From Myxococcota bacterium (GTDB lineage: Bacteria > Myxococcota_A > Polyangia > Polyangiales > Houyiibacteriaceae), in NCBI GenBank assembly GCA_039030515.1, contig JBCCEA010000032.1:1-42523 (forward strand): a stretch of DNA of 42,523 nt. Direction: 5' to 3'. Of this stretch, positions 19,034 through 27,799 are shown piece by piece. Below the pieces are notes generated by a model. It had not been told where the DNA came from, ran no database searches, and saw only the letters and a program-made list of their open reading frames with translations. The position numbers were made by a program, and so were the translations under genes. Position 1 is the first letter of the stretch. Each line of letters starts with the position of its first letter.

Positions 19034-20392
19034 ATGAACTCTCCGATGGATTTCGAGGAATCCGAGGAAGCGAATGACCGGGCTCGCTCAAAGGCGCCTA
19101 GTGCGTCGCGCGATGAATCGCGTGGGCCAGCTGCACTGCGTTCCAGTGCGTCTGAACTTTCAGATGAGGGGGAAGTGTCGCTGGGACGGTACCGTCTTTT
19201 CGATGAAATCGGACGCGGAAGCATGGGATCGGTGCATTTCGCACGTACCCGGAGCCTCGGTTACGACAGAGTTTTTGCGTTGAAACAGGTTCACCCGCAC
19301 CTCTCCGGTGAGGAGGATTTCCGTTTCATGTTCCTCGATGAGATTGCCATCGCTTCTCGGCTGTCTCATCCCAACGTCGCTGGAGTTGTCGACTTCGGGG
19401 AAGACGATGGCGCCCTCTATTTCACGATGCCTTATGTGCTTGGTGAGACGCTACGGCAGATCATGGAACTGCAGGAGTCTTCCGCCGGAAATACAGACGC
19501 TATCTGGTCTCCTCTGGTGGCTCGTTTTATATCGGACGCATGCGAGGGGCTCCATGCTGCACATGAGTTGCGGGATGATGCAGGAAACGCTTTGTGCGTG
19601 GTTCATCGCGACGTCGGGCTCGACAACCTGATGGTGGGTTTCGATGGCTACCTCAGAGTGATAGATTTTGGCATTGCAAGTGCAATGGATCGCCTCCAGC
19701 GAACCACCACCGGCCGATTTAAGGGTCGATTTCGATATGCTTCACCCGAACAGATCGAATGTCGCGGTCTCGATCATCGAGCTGATGTGTGGGCTCTCGG
19801 AGTTGTTTTGTGGGAGCTGCTCGCGATGACGCCCTTGTTTCCGCATCGAGGTTTGCTTGAAGCTGTGCACCGGATCACCAAAGCGCCTCTACCCAAGCTT
19901 TCGTCCTACGTGTCGGTTGCCCCAGAACTCGAGGCTATCGTTGAATGTGCGTTGCAGCGACAGCGCGAGTATCGATTTCCAACGGCGCGCGATATGGGTC
20001 TTGCACTGAGTTCGTATCTTTATTCGGCTGGAGTCGCTATGGGCCCTGCCGACGTGTCCGCCTGGATGGTGGCGCATTTTCCAGATCAGTATCGCTCTAA
20101 ATCTAGGGCGCTGGCGCGCGTTCGTGCTGCCTCGATACCTGCAACGATCGTCAGTGTTTCCCGAAGCGCCGGGGACGCAAACGCCTCGTCAACCGTGGAC
20201 GCTGTTTTGACCGAGTCGCCCGGAGATACTCAACCCGCGAAGCTGGGTCGCTCAGAACGAAATTTGAATGCCTCTCCAGAGTCGGTCTCTCTTGCTTGGA
20301 GGACCAGCGTGCTGGGGTCGTTTTGGATCGGTCTTGGGATGGGCACGCTCACTGCAGTGATTCTTTGGATTTACATGCGTTTGCACAGTTAA
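19034..20392 (+). CDS. Hanks-type Ser/Thr protein kinase with C-terminal TM
   Basis: GRGSMG, ALK, HRDVGLDN, DFG, YASPEQ, DVWALG; GAGGA precedes ATG 19034. Confidence 0.92.
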   Translation: MNSPMDFEESEEANDRARSKAPSASRDESRGPAALRSSASELSDEGEVSLGRYRLFDEIGRGSMGSVHFARTRSLGYDRVFALKQVHPHLSGEEDFRFMFLDEIAIASRLSHPNVAGVVDFGEDDGALYFTMPYVLGETLRQIMELQESSAGNTDAIWSPLVARFISDACEGLHAAHELRDDAGNALCVVHRDVGLDNLMVGFDGYLRVIDFGIASAMDRLQRTTTGRFKGRFRYASPEQIECRGLDHRADVWALGVVLWELLAMTPLFPHRGLLEAVHRITKAPLPKLSSYVSVAPELEAIVECALQRQREYRFPTARDMGLALSSYLYSAGVAMGPADVSAWMVAHFPDQYRSKSRALARVRAASIPATIVSVSRSAGDANASSTVDAVLTESPGDTQPAKLGRSERNLNASPESVSLAWRTSVLGSFWIGLGMGTLTAVILWIYMRLHS

Positions 20393-20459
20393 ACGGTCCC
20401 AGCGCTTCGCTCAGTTCGATCAAGGTCTATTTGTCAGACTTGGCTACGCGTCTTTTGGG

Positions 20460-22199
20460 CTATCTCGGTGTCCGGGTCTCGTTGTCAAAATCCCTCAGGT
20501 CGAACATCGGTAGTCCTGGCCGTTCGCGGCCGGATGCTGGGCTGCTTGTCGTTTCTGCACTCGAAGTTGATGTGGTGCGTGTCGATTCGGAAGTCGTTGT
20601 AAGGGGCCTCTGTGCTCTATTGCGAGCGCTGCGGTGGATCGCGGATTTACGGCTTGCAGCGAGCGATATCGCGTCAGTTGAAGGTCTCTTCGCGGGTTGG
20701 TTTTTTTCGACCGAGCTGATTTCTGCTGTCTGGGTCTCATCGATTGGATCGACCGCCGCGTTTCGCTCGAGGTTTGTCTCACCATGGAAGGAGGCTTTTT
20801 TTGCGGACGCTGGCTGACGCTCGATTCTGGAGTTCTTTTGCTGTTTTACTAACGCGGTTTGAGCCGACGAAGCCGGTGTTTCGATTGAACTAGGCGCAGC
20901 TGTTGGACTCAGTGATGCGGTCCAATAAACAGCAAGCGCGATGGTCATGGAGCATATCAGTCCGGTCGCGAACGCTGCCCATAAGAGCTTTCCCTTCAGG
21001 TTCTTGGCCGGGACTGCACGTGTCGTCGAGATACGATGAGTATTCTGATATCCAAATGAGCTTGAGTCATGTGATGAACTGAAGAGACTGATCGCGTCAG
21101 GCTGTGAAGCGTTCTGGAGTGAGCCTTTTTCGGCAGCCTCTAAACGTTCCTTCAGTTTATCCTTGAGTTGCTGAACACGACGTCCGGAAATAGCGTGTAG
21201 AAAATCGGCGATTTCCGAGGCAGGCGCGACCAACGCGCGATCGACACCGACGTTTTCGATGGCTCGGGCAAACTTCACGGCGGTTCCAATGCGTTTTTTA
21301 GGATCCCGCTCGAGTGCGTCTGCAATGATTTTCGCGACTTCCTCCGGCAGCTCGGAGCGAACTTCGGAGGCCATCGGTATCGGCTTTTCGGCGACTTCTC
21401 GAGCCAGCGCCAGCGGGTTGGTGCCCAAAAACAACCGCTGGCCACACAGAGTCTCCCAGGCAACGATGCCGAGAGAGAATACATCCGATCGCTGGTCGAC
21501 CTCCTCCACATCCAACTGCTCCGGCGAGAAGTAGGCAAGCTTGCCTTTCAGTTCTCCGGTTTCTGTTTTTGCGTGTCTCTGAACAGCATGCGCGACACCA
21601 AAATCGCTGATTCGCACTCTGCCGTTGTCTGCGATAAGAATGTTCTGTGGCGAAATATCCCGGTGCACGAGTCGCAAATGGCTGCCGTTGGTGGCGGTCG
21701 CGTTGTGCGCATCTTCGAGGCCCAGAGCGGCCTGATGTATGATTCCCAATGCCACCGGGACGGGGACTGACCTGCCTGTAGATTCTGCATCCGCAAGTAG
21801 GTCGCTCAGCGGCACGCCTACGATGAGGTCCATGGCCATAAACAGCGTCTCTTGGCCGTCGCGACCTAGATCGAGAGCGTTGACCACGTAGGGACTATGG
21901 ATATTTCCCGCGACCCTGGCTTCATCCATAAACATGGCTACAAATCGTTCGTCGCGAGCGAGATGAGGCAGCATCAACTTGAGCGCGACCAGTCTTTGAA
22001 ACCCACCTTCTCCCACTGCACGGGCGGCATACACGGTAGCCATGCCTCCCGAAGCGATCGGAAAGAGCAGTTGATATCGACCCAGGTACAGACCCGGAAA
22101 CTCGGGGTTGGACTGGAGGGGCTCCGGGTCTGAGACCCGGCTTGCCTTTGTCGGTAGGTTGCGAGGGACGTACTCCACGTCACCAAAATGATGCAGCAT
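20460..22199 (-). CDS. Hanks-type Ser/Thr protein kinase, membrane-anchored
   Basis: ASGGMATV, VALK, HRDISPQN, DFG, YFSPEQ, TM, then Ser/Thr-rich tail; the ORF-track N-terminal extension is probably not real. Confidence 0.92.
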   Translation of the reverse strand: MLHHFGDVEYVPRNLPTKASRVSDPEPLQSNPEFPGLYLGRYQLLFPIASGGMATVYAARAVGEGGFQRLVALKLMLPHLARDERFVAMFMDEARVAGNIHSPYVVNALDLGRDGQETLFMAMDLIVGVPLSDLLADAESTGRSVPVPVALGIIHQAALGLEDAHNATATNGSHLRLVHRDISPQNILIADNGRVRISDFGVAHAVQRHAKTETGELKGKLAYFSPEQLDVEEVDQRSDVFSLGIVAWETLCGQRLFLGTNPLALAREVAEKPIPMASEVRSELPEEVAKIIADALERDPKKRIGTAVKFARAIENVGVDRALVAPASEIADFLHAISGRRVQQLKDKLKERLEAAEKGSLQNASQPDAISLFSSSHDSSSFGYQNTHRISTTRAVPAKNLKGKLLWAAFATGLICSMTIALAVYWTASLSPTAAPSSIETPASSAQTALVKQQKNSRIERQPASAKKASFHGETNLERNAAVDPIDETQTAEISSVEKNQPAKRPSTDAISLAASRKSAIHRSARNRAQRPLTTTSESTRTTSTSSAETTSSPASGRERPGLPMFDLRDFDNETRTPR

Positions 22200-22398
22200 C
22201 CTAGGACTTGGCGCCAGGCTTGTGCATCGCAGAACGCCTGACAGCATCGCTCGTTCGATTGGATCTTCCGTTTGCTTCAGCTCCGGTACCCATGCCGCGG
22301 GGTGATCGCGCTGCCGGATGTCTGACCACCGAGTCCAACTAGGGAACGCCGTACCCGGCCGGGGAACGCCGTACCCGGTCAGGTTGTGGAGATTTGAG

Positions 22399-23322
22399 TC
22401 AGATGGTCTCCACTTCGATGGTCGCACTGCCAATTCGAAGCTGTTTGGTTCTCGGTCTTCGTTCGATGATATTGGCTGGATTCGCAAAGCCGGCAGAGCC
22501 AAACTGTTGCCTCACCCGATAGACGTCGAGGTTCAATCGACCTGCCGGGATACGAAGCATTTTCTGAAGCTCGTCCTGGTAGATCCATCCTTCTTCACTG
22601 GGCGCGGCTTGTGCGTCAGTCCGATCTTCCATGCGATACCGGCCCAGAGTGAGCAAGAGGTAGTGATGGGCGCGAGAACCTAGGTCGATCATGCGACCTC
22701 GGTGCTTGACCTTGAGCTCTACATGCTCCTCGTCACGGGATACTGCGAAATGAAGCTCGGCATCAGAAACCAGTGAGGGCACAAATTGCGACACGTCGGT
22801 TTCAGGCCCCGAGATTTCTGGCGCACAGAATCGCCACCCTTGGCCCCCGGCGATGAATCCTTGCTGATCTTCGATGTCGATCAGGTCGTCTGCTCGCTCG
22901 AGCACCCAGCGGCCATCGGGCATGTTGTAAATATTGACCTCGGGTTGCTCTGGAGTGGGAAGAGCCAAAACCCCATCCCGCATGACGACTGGTGCACCAC
23001 CGTCGACGGGAAACGCCATGGTCGAGGGCTCGGTATCGTCGCTAAGCTCGTATGTCCATCGTGCATCGCCAAAGCTGATGCGAGCGTTTTTTTTGAGGGT
23101 CCGCGGCACCCCCGGCTCAAGTCGTTCCCCGTCGACGAACGTACCGTTGCGGCTCGCCAAATCTCGGACGACCCACTGAGCGTGTTGCCAGGCGATGCTC
23201 GCATGCTGTGACGATACGATCGAATCCTCAAGCCTGAGATGGCAACTGCGGCTGCGGCCCACCAGAAACGTTGAGCTCATTGCCTGAAGCTCGCCTGAGG
23301 CGACATGATTGAGAATGCCCAT
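22399..23322 (-). CDS. FHA domain protein with putative C-terminal winged-helix domain
   Basis: FHA motifs VGR, VSSQHA, DLASRNGTFVDG; C-terminal 'ELQKML....LNLDVYRVRQQF...IIERR'. Confidence 0.85.
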   Translation of the reverse strand: MGILNHVASGELQAMSSTFLVGRSRSCHLRLEDSIVSSQHASIAWQHAQWVVRDLASRNGTFVDGERLEPGVPRTLKKNARISFGDARWTYELSDDTEPSTMAFPVDGGAPVVMRDGVLALPTPEQPEVNIYNMPDGRWVLERADDLIDIEDQQGFIAGGQGWRFCAPEISGPETDVSQFVPSLVSDAELHFAVSRDEEHVELKVKHRGRMIDLGSRAHHYLLLTLGRYRMEDRTDAQAAPSEEGWIYQDELQKMLRIPAGRLNLDVYRVRQQFGSAGFANPANIIERRPRTKQLRIGSATIEVETI

Positions 23323-23579
23323 ATATATACGTGATGACTCGGTATGTTTGATAACTTGCTAAGTCTGATGGTTTGCGACGTGCTCTTGGATGCGACGTGC
23401 TCTAGGACGCGAAGTACGCGAAAACTCGGCTCTTACGAACCTGTGAGTCTCTTCAAAGTATCGGGCAAGCCGGTCGTGCTGCAAATGACAAAATTATCGA
23501 AGGTCTAGGTTTCTTTCTGCGGCCTTAGGTGATCGGCTCCCTGCCGGTATGAGCGGGTTTACGGGGCTCAGCACGTTTC

Positions 23580-24572
23580 CTAGTCGGGCCGTTCATCTTG
23601 CTCGAGTGGATAGAGTAGAATCTCCGATCGCTCCTGGGGACCTATCGAGGCGTAACCGACGCGGCCGCCAAGGCGGAATCCAGCAGATTCACTCGGTATT
23701 CTGAGGTGTACGGTGATGTGGTTCCCCTCGCGCAGCAAGGCGGGCAGAATGCTCTGCTCCAATCGCTTGCGTGCTTCGTCAGGCCAAAGCGCGCCCGATG
23801 GCGCCCAAGCCTCTTCTGCCACCAGCGTGACTGAGGTTCCCTGAACGCCCAAACGCGTATTGCCACCAAAGGCACGAGTGCCACCCAGTGTCCACTGCCC
23901 CAAAATCATCTCACCCACTTCCACAGTGCGCTTCACAGATGTGGTGTTCAGCACGATGTCGAGTTCTGGAAAGGTATGCTTGAAGATCCAGTGCAAGGTG
24001 CACGGGGCGGACACCCTCATGAAGAGAAGCATGTCGGTCGAAAAGCGAGGCTGCTCTTCGTACAGCGTCGCCCAGAAATAAGTGCGAAAGATACAGTGAT
24101 TAAAGAAGTTGATCAGGAGTTGGAAGAGTTGCTCGTCGATTTCTATTCGATCGGGAGCATATACAAAATAGGAGGGCAGTGGAGATTCGGTGGATAAGAG
24201 TCCGACGTTGCAGGTAACGATACAAAAGCGGTCTGTCTTCTTAAACGGCGCTCTCCCAGGTGAGACAAACTCGATCGATTCGAACAGGCTGCCTGCGCTA
24301 TTGCGTTTCGGGTTGCTCAGAAAAAACACCGTTTGATCGGTGTAACCGATCGACCGCAACGCGGTGATCAAAGCATGAGGCTCGAACGCTTTTGCTTTTT
24401 CTTGAATCGCCCGCTCGGCACGCAGTCGATAGCGCTGCTCCTCGGTGGTTGCCGGCACGACTGTCTCGGTCGATCGCTCAGCCATCGATGATTCGGTTTG
24501 TCGAATCCGGCCTCCAGGCTCCGCCTGCACCGTAAGGGAAGGAGCGGGTCTCTTTGTCAGTTTGTCGTTCAC
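23580..24572 (-). CDS. tssG: T6SS baseplate TssG-like protein (IglJ-equivalent?)
   Basis: 'IVTCNVGLLSTESPLPSYF', 'LINFFNH', 'LGQWTLGG' resemble TssG motifs; T6SS context; alternative start 24485. Confidence 0.7.
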   Translation of the reverse strand: MNDKLTKRPAPSLTVQAEPGGRIRQTESSMAERSTETVVPATTEEQRYRLRAERAIQEKAKAFEPHALITALRSIGYTDQTVFFLSNPKRNSAGSLFESIEFVSPGRAPFKKTDRFCIVTCNVGLLSTESPLPSYFVYAPDRIEIDEQLFQLLINFFNHCIFRTYFWATLYEEQPRFSTDMLLFMRVSAPCTLHWIFKHTFPELDIVLNTTSVKRTVEVGEMILGQWTLGGTRAFGGNTRLGVQGTSVTLVAEEAWAPSGALWPDEARKRLEQSILPALLREGNHITVHLRIPSESAGFRLGGRVGYASIGPQERSEILLYPLEQDERPD

Positions 24573-24629
24573 GTCAACGGAGCGTCAGCCTGTCGTTTGC
24601 CTCTCGAGCCTCGGTTCGCCGTCTAGGGC

Positions 24630-25577
24630 TCAATTCTTGATAAAGCTCTCCAGATCGACATGGTAAAGCTGCTCGCTCACCTTCCAATTGAGCTCGTCTT
24701 GCCGGCTCCAATACTCGGCCAGCTCGTCGATATGTTGACCCATGAGTCGGTAGTAGTCCGTAAACAGGGCTGGCAGATAGACGCGCGGATCAAAAGTATC
24801 GATCGCGGCATTGATGTCGCGTGCGATGATCGCCGCCTTGTAGAGGTCTCCCTGCTGGGCGACGATGCGAAACGCTTCGAGCTTCCGCAAGAACTTATCC
24901 AGATGTACGCTGCCGCTGACTGACGGTTCTGCGGCACCGGCATGCGTCTGAGAGGGGAGCTCTGCCGCCTGGTAGGCAGACGTGTCGTAGGGCGAGGCCG
25001 CCAGTTCCTCACCGGGCAGTGGCGCCTCTTCTGGAACTACGATTTCGATCGAAGAAGCGAACCGCTGAAGCTTGCTGAGGGGATCGAGCACTTTCCGGCC
25101 GAGCTCTCGTTCAGCGCAGCACTGAAGAAGCCGCTCCAAAGCGTCGAGTAATGAGGCTTTGGCGTCTAGGTCTAAGCACTCTTCGACGTGCTGGTCCCAC
25201 GCCGCTCGGCTTTCGGTTCGCGCATCCAATCTGCGAAAAGAGGTCTCGAAAAGCATCGAAAGCGTAGCTTTTGCGTGGGACTCTTTGCGTTGTTCGGGGC
25301 CGATAACCTCCCAATGCAGTTCGAAAACCCGCACCAACGCATCCACCGAATGAACGAGCGCCGGCAGCCCATCTGCTTCGATAAGGCCGAGCACGTAGTA
25401 CGCGATCAGTCGGATGTCGATCAGCCCCTCGGAGAGTAGCTCTGCGGCTTTGGCACTGGCCTCGCCGTAGTTTCCAGTGAAGACCGCGTCGGCCATCGAT
25501 TGGAATTCAGGCGATCCTGCGTCCAGTTCCCCCTGAGACTCGAAGCTAAAGTCTTCGCCTAAGAGATAGTCGATCAT
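24630..25577 (-). CDS. T6SS ImpA_N/TssA-like protein (IglI-like)
   Basis: 'LLSEGLIDIRLIAYY..G.....G....VDAL......HWEVIGP' fits the ImpA N-terminal pattern; Pro/Ala linker; helical C-terminal domain. Confidence 0.65.
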   Translation of the reverse strand: MIDYLLGEDFSFESQGELDAGSPEFQSMADAVFTGNYGEASAKAAELLSEGLIDIRLIAYYVLGLIEADGLPALVHSVDALVRVFELHWEVIGPEQRKESHAKATLSMLFETSFRRLDARTESRAAWDQHVEECLDLDAKASLLDALERLLQCCAERELGRKVLDPLSKLQRFASSIEIVVPEEAPLPGEELAASPYDTSAYQAAELPSQTHAGAAEPSVSGSVHLDKFLRKLEAFRIVAQQGDLYKAAIIARDINAAIDTFDPRVYLPALFTDYYRLMGQHIDELAEYWSRQDELNWKVSEQLYHVDLESFIKN

Positions 25578-27289
25578 GTGAGCGCTTTCGCTAGTTCGCT
25601 GCGTAGGCGGCTTATCGCCTGCAGGATTGGCTCCCGCTGCAGTCGCTCGAGCATACCTTCATTGTACTGCTGCGCATACCACCCTGAATCGACTTCTTCT
25701 TCCTCGCCCGTGTGCTTCATGCGCGGCGTGAGCCGAACGATCTCAACTCGGAATCGCTCAGCGTACGGGCCAAGCTCTAGCTCGACCTGGGTTCGGATCT
25801 CTTCGATGCTGGGCGGTTCTGGTTCGTCGACGCCGACAAATCCGAGCACCACCGGGCAGGCATGCTGATGGTTGTAGACGATGGTGGCTCCAAGCGGCAG
25901 CCGGGTCCTGACGATCTCAAGCGTTAGCTCGGCGGGAAAGGGACGTCCTCCCCAAATAGGCGGGATTGAGCCGCTCACCATGGGAATGGGCGCCGAGCGC
26001 GTGACGAGTAGGCCCCCGATCGCGGCGGTGGACTCGTCATCTGGATTCACGACGCCCAAGATTCCGGTCGGCGTGGTGGACTCCATGCCCGAGCTGGGAT
26101 TCAGCACCTTCATCTGCACGCCAGGACTCGGCAACCCGAGCCCCATCGGCGCCTGACGAGCCGGGCCCCGCGGATAAAATAGCGCCGAGGCGCCGTAGCC
26201 TGGAGCCATAGTGACGCTGTATCCGGTGGAAGCCGCGAGATCGGGTAGGGCAGTGAGCCTCGTCCATCCGCCCTGCAGGTCGTGTTCTGCCGGGTCTCGG
26301 AACCACTCGTGTTGGGGTGGGACACGGCCCTGATGGATGAAGAAGTCTCGGGCTCGATATCCGATGCCCAGTCGGTCGAGGGCTGCCTGGTCGAGCAGAT
26401 CGATCTTTTGTTCGAGATCCTGAAGGGTCGCCTGCACGTAGCAAGCCCCGGTGATCAGCGTCGAGACGAGTAGGCCCGGCTGCCACTGCCACGAGGGTAG
26501 GGCAAGCGACGCAAGTCGGGCGTTCGGGGTCAATCGATGTACGAGCACCCCATCGACCGTGGCGCGTCGAAGCAGCGCTCCAGCTGAGACCTCCTCTGCC
26601 TTGAACTCCTGCTCTTGTTCTGCCGCGGTTCTTAGGGTTGTCGAAAAAGGAACGATAAGCGCCGGCGCATCTGGGGCAAAAGGAACCGAGCGATAGGTGG
26701 TAGAGACCGCCGCCGGATCGCGATCCAGCCAAAGGGTTTGAGATTGGAGCTCACGCGGCAGCACGTCCCGATGACTCCAGCAGCCGATCACGTGATCGGT
26801 CGCGGCCCGTTTGAGGCCTTCTGTGACAAACGCACGGCCGTAGGGTGGGATGAGGGCCACCGGACACGCCAAGTACCAAGCAGCGCAAAGGCCGTAGAGC
26901 GCTTCCGGCCCCATCGGCGCTACGATCGCGATGCGTTCTCCGCTGTGGACGCCCGCAGCGACCCAGGAGCTTGCCCGGGCGGTGGTTTTCTGATGCAGCA
27001 GGGCGTAGCCGATGTCGGCAAACCCCTGTCCCCAATACGCACTCATCGCGATGTGGCTCGACGCCGCGTGACGCATGACGAGGGCGTCATACACCGCCCC
27101 GTCTTCGATCGCGTAGGTTTGCCGATGGCCCACACGCGTACTCAAAAAGTGCATGATCGAGGACCAAAACCCAGTGCCGCGGCGGCTGTACTCGAGCCAT
27201 GGGCGCTGAGTTAGGGGGTCGGACGCGTGCAGGAGTTCGGCAAAAAGACTGTCGATTTCTTGGGGGTCGGGAGCTGGCGTCGGTTCCAT
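25574..27289 (-). CDS. Degenerate AMP-binding (acetyl-CoA synthetase-like) protein
   Basis: 'GFW', 'YDALVMRH', 'YALLH...A......GVHSGERIAIVAPMGPE', 'GLPSPGVQMKVL'; no TSGTTGxPKG loop. Confidence 0.7.
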   Translation of the reverse strand: MEPTPAPDPQEIDSLFAELLHASDPLTQRPWLEYSRRGTGFWSSIMHFLSTRVGHRQTYAIEDGAVYDALVMRHAASSHIAMSAYWGQGFADIGYALLHQKTTARASSWVAAGVHSGERIAIVAPMGPEALYGLCAAWYLACPVALIPPYGRAFVTEGLKRAATDHVIGCWSHRDVLPRELQSQTLWLDRDPAAVSTTYRSVPFAPDAPALIVPFSTTLRTAAEQEQEFKAEEVSAGALLRRATVDGVLVHRLTPNARLASLALPSWQWQPGLLVSTLITGACYVQATLQDLEQKIDLLDQAALDRLGIGYRARDFFIHQGRVPPQHEWFRDPAEHDLQGGWTRLTALPDLAASTGYSVTMAPGYGASALFYPRGPARQAPMGLGLPSPGVQMKVLNPSSGMESTTPTGILGVVNPDDESTAAIGGLLVTRSAPIPMVSGSIPPIWGGRPFPAELTLEIVRTRLPLGATIVYNHQHACPVVLGFVGVDEPEPPSIEEIRTQVELELGPYAERFRVEIVRLTPRMKHTGEEEEVDSGWYAQQYNEGMLERLQREPILQAISRLRSELAKALT

Positions 27290-27351
27290 CGTGGTCTTCT
27301 AAGCGAATGCCCTGCATTCGTGACTCTATATTAGGACCCGAATCTGGCCTA

Positions 27352-27771
27352 TCAATCCAGCTTTTGAATCGAAATTCGGGCGGCCACCCGCTGCGCTGCC
27401 GAGCGCTGCACATCGCTGAGCTCGGTAGCGGGAACGAGCCGCGATCCAGTTTTTTTACCTAACTCGAGCCAGAACACATGCGACGGGTCCTCTAGCAGAT
27501 GGCAGAGCAGTCCCGCGACGATGCGCGCCCCGACTCGCTCCGCCTTCACCTCATGGACAGCCAGTCGAGGCTCCCGGCGCTCCACCAGTGCTTTGAGCTC
27601 GGCGGTGATCACTTCGTCCTTCGCCTCATCCAGGGTGTCGTAAGAAAGCCCGACTTCAGGCAGCAGTGAAGAGTAGCCCTCGTAGGAGTTGAGTATCCCC
27701 TCGAGATTTTCGATCATCGACCGCAAGGGAGACACACGATGCAGGGGGCGGGCGAGAGAAAGTAGGCTCAT
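27352..27771 (-). CDS. tssE: T6SS baseplate gp25/TssE-family protein
   Basis: 'SMIENLEGILNS', 'PEVGL', 'LVERREPRL..V'; start moved to ATG 27771. Confidence 0.8.
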   Translation of the reverse strand: MSLLSLARPLHRVSPLRSMIENLEGILNSYEGYSSLLPEVGLSYDTLDEAKDEVITAELKALVERREPRLAVHEVKAERVGARIVAGLLCHLLEDPSHVFWLELGKKTGSRLVPATELSDVQRSAAQRVAARISIQKLD

Positions 27772-27799
27772 GATGCTTTGTAACTGAGGATGATGCTTC

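Noticed and set aside
18915..19091. Apparent overlap of the SLT and kinase ORFs
   Set aside because: Artefact of longest-ORF starts; plausible ATGs at 18914 (-) and 19034 (+) leave a normal divergent spacer.
22200..22502. N-terminal extension of the kinase overlapping the FHA gene
   Set aside because: Begins at a non-ATG codon inside the FHA gene and reads like non-coding sequence; a downstream start is more plausible.
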